A stretch of 64,000 nt of DNA, from assembly GCA_030390025.1 (NCBI GenBank), contig CM059432.1:123506001-123570000 (forward strand), read 5' to 3'. A program made the position numbers and the translations under genes. The notes beneath the pieces are model-generated. The model saw only the letters and a program-made list of their open reading frames with translations, was not told the DNA's origin and did not search any database. How positions within the stretch are numbered: the stretch's first letter is position 1; every line of letters begins with the position of its first letter. Below, piece after piece: positions 63,700 to 64,000 of this stretch. Source of the DNA: Squalus acanthias. Lineage: Eukaryota.

Positions 63700-64000
63700 A
63701 AAAACTTGTATTTCTATAGCGCCTTTCACAACCTCAGGACATCGCAAAGCACTTTACAGCCAATGAAGTACTTTTCAAGTGTAGTCACTGTTGTGATGTA
63801 GGAAACGCAGCAGCCAATTTGCGCACAGCAAGCGCCCACACAAACAGCAATGTGATAATGACCAGATAATCTGTTTTTAGTGATGTTGATTGAGGGACAA
63901 ACATTGGCCAGGGCACCGGGGATAACTTTTACAACCATCTGAGAGAGCAGACGAGGCCTCGGTTTAACATCTCATCCAAAAGGCAGCACCTCTGACAGTG
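63700..64000 (-). mobile_element. Deu-type SINE running off the window end
   Basis: Reverse complement matches 46940-47270. Confidence 0.8.

Overview
Repeat-dense eukaryotic DNA, most likely from a cartilaginous fish (shark), judged from its CR1/L2 LINE, SINE and Penelope families. I recognised no intact host protein-coding exon; all recognisable proteins in the ORF track are broken transposon genes. Contents: many CR1, L2 and CR1-group LINE fragments, including a near full-length CR1 (25.9-30.3 kb, SGNH-esterase ORF1) nested in an older CR1; several SINE families; Penelope-like pLTR pieces carrying minimal hammerhead ribozymes; four two-gene Harbinger deletion derivatives plus MITEs; a pogo-like transposase fossil split by four later insertions; a 1680-bp solo LTR; and the 3' end of an LTR element whose last internal ORF carries a PARG-type macrodomain-like motif (the most novel, unproven lead). 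Several insertions show fold-back inverted duplications of their junction DNA. Unique AT-rich islands between repeats may be conserved non-coding elements. Family names come from motif recognition by eye, and most boundaries are approximate unless a TIR or TSD is quoted.
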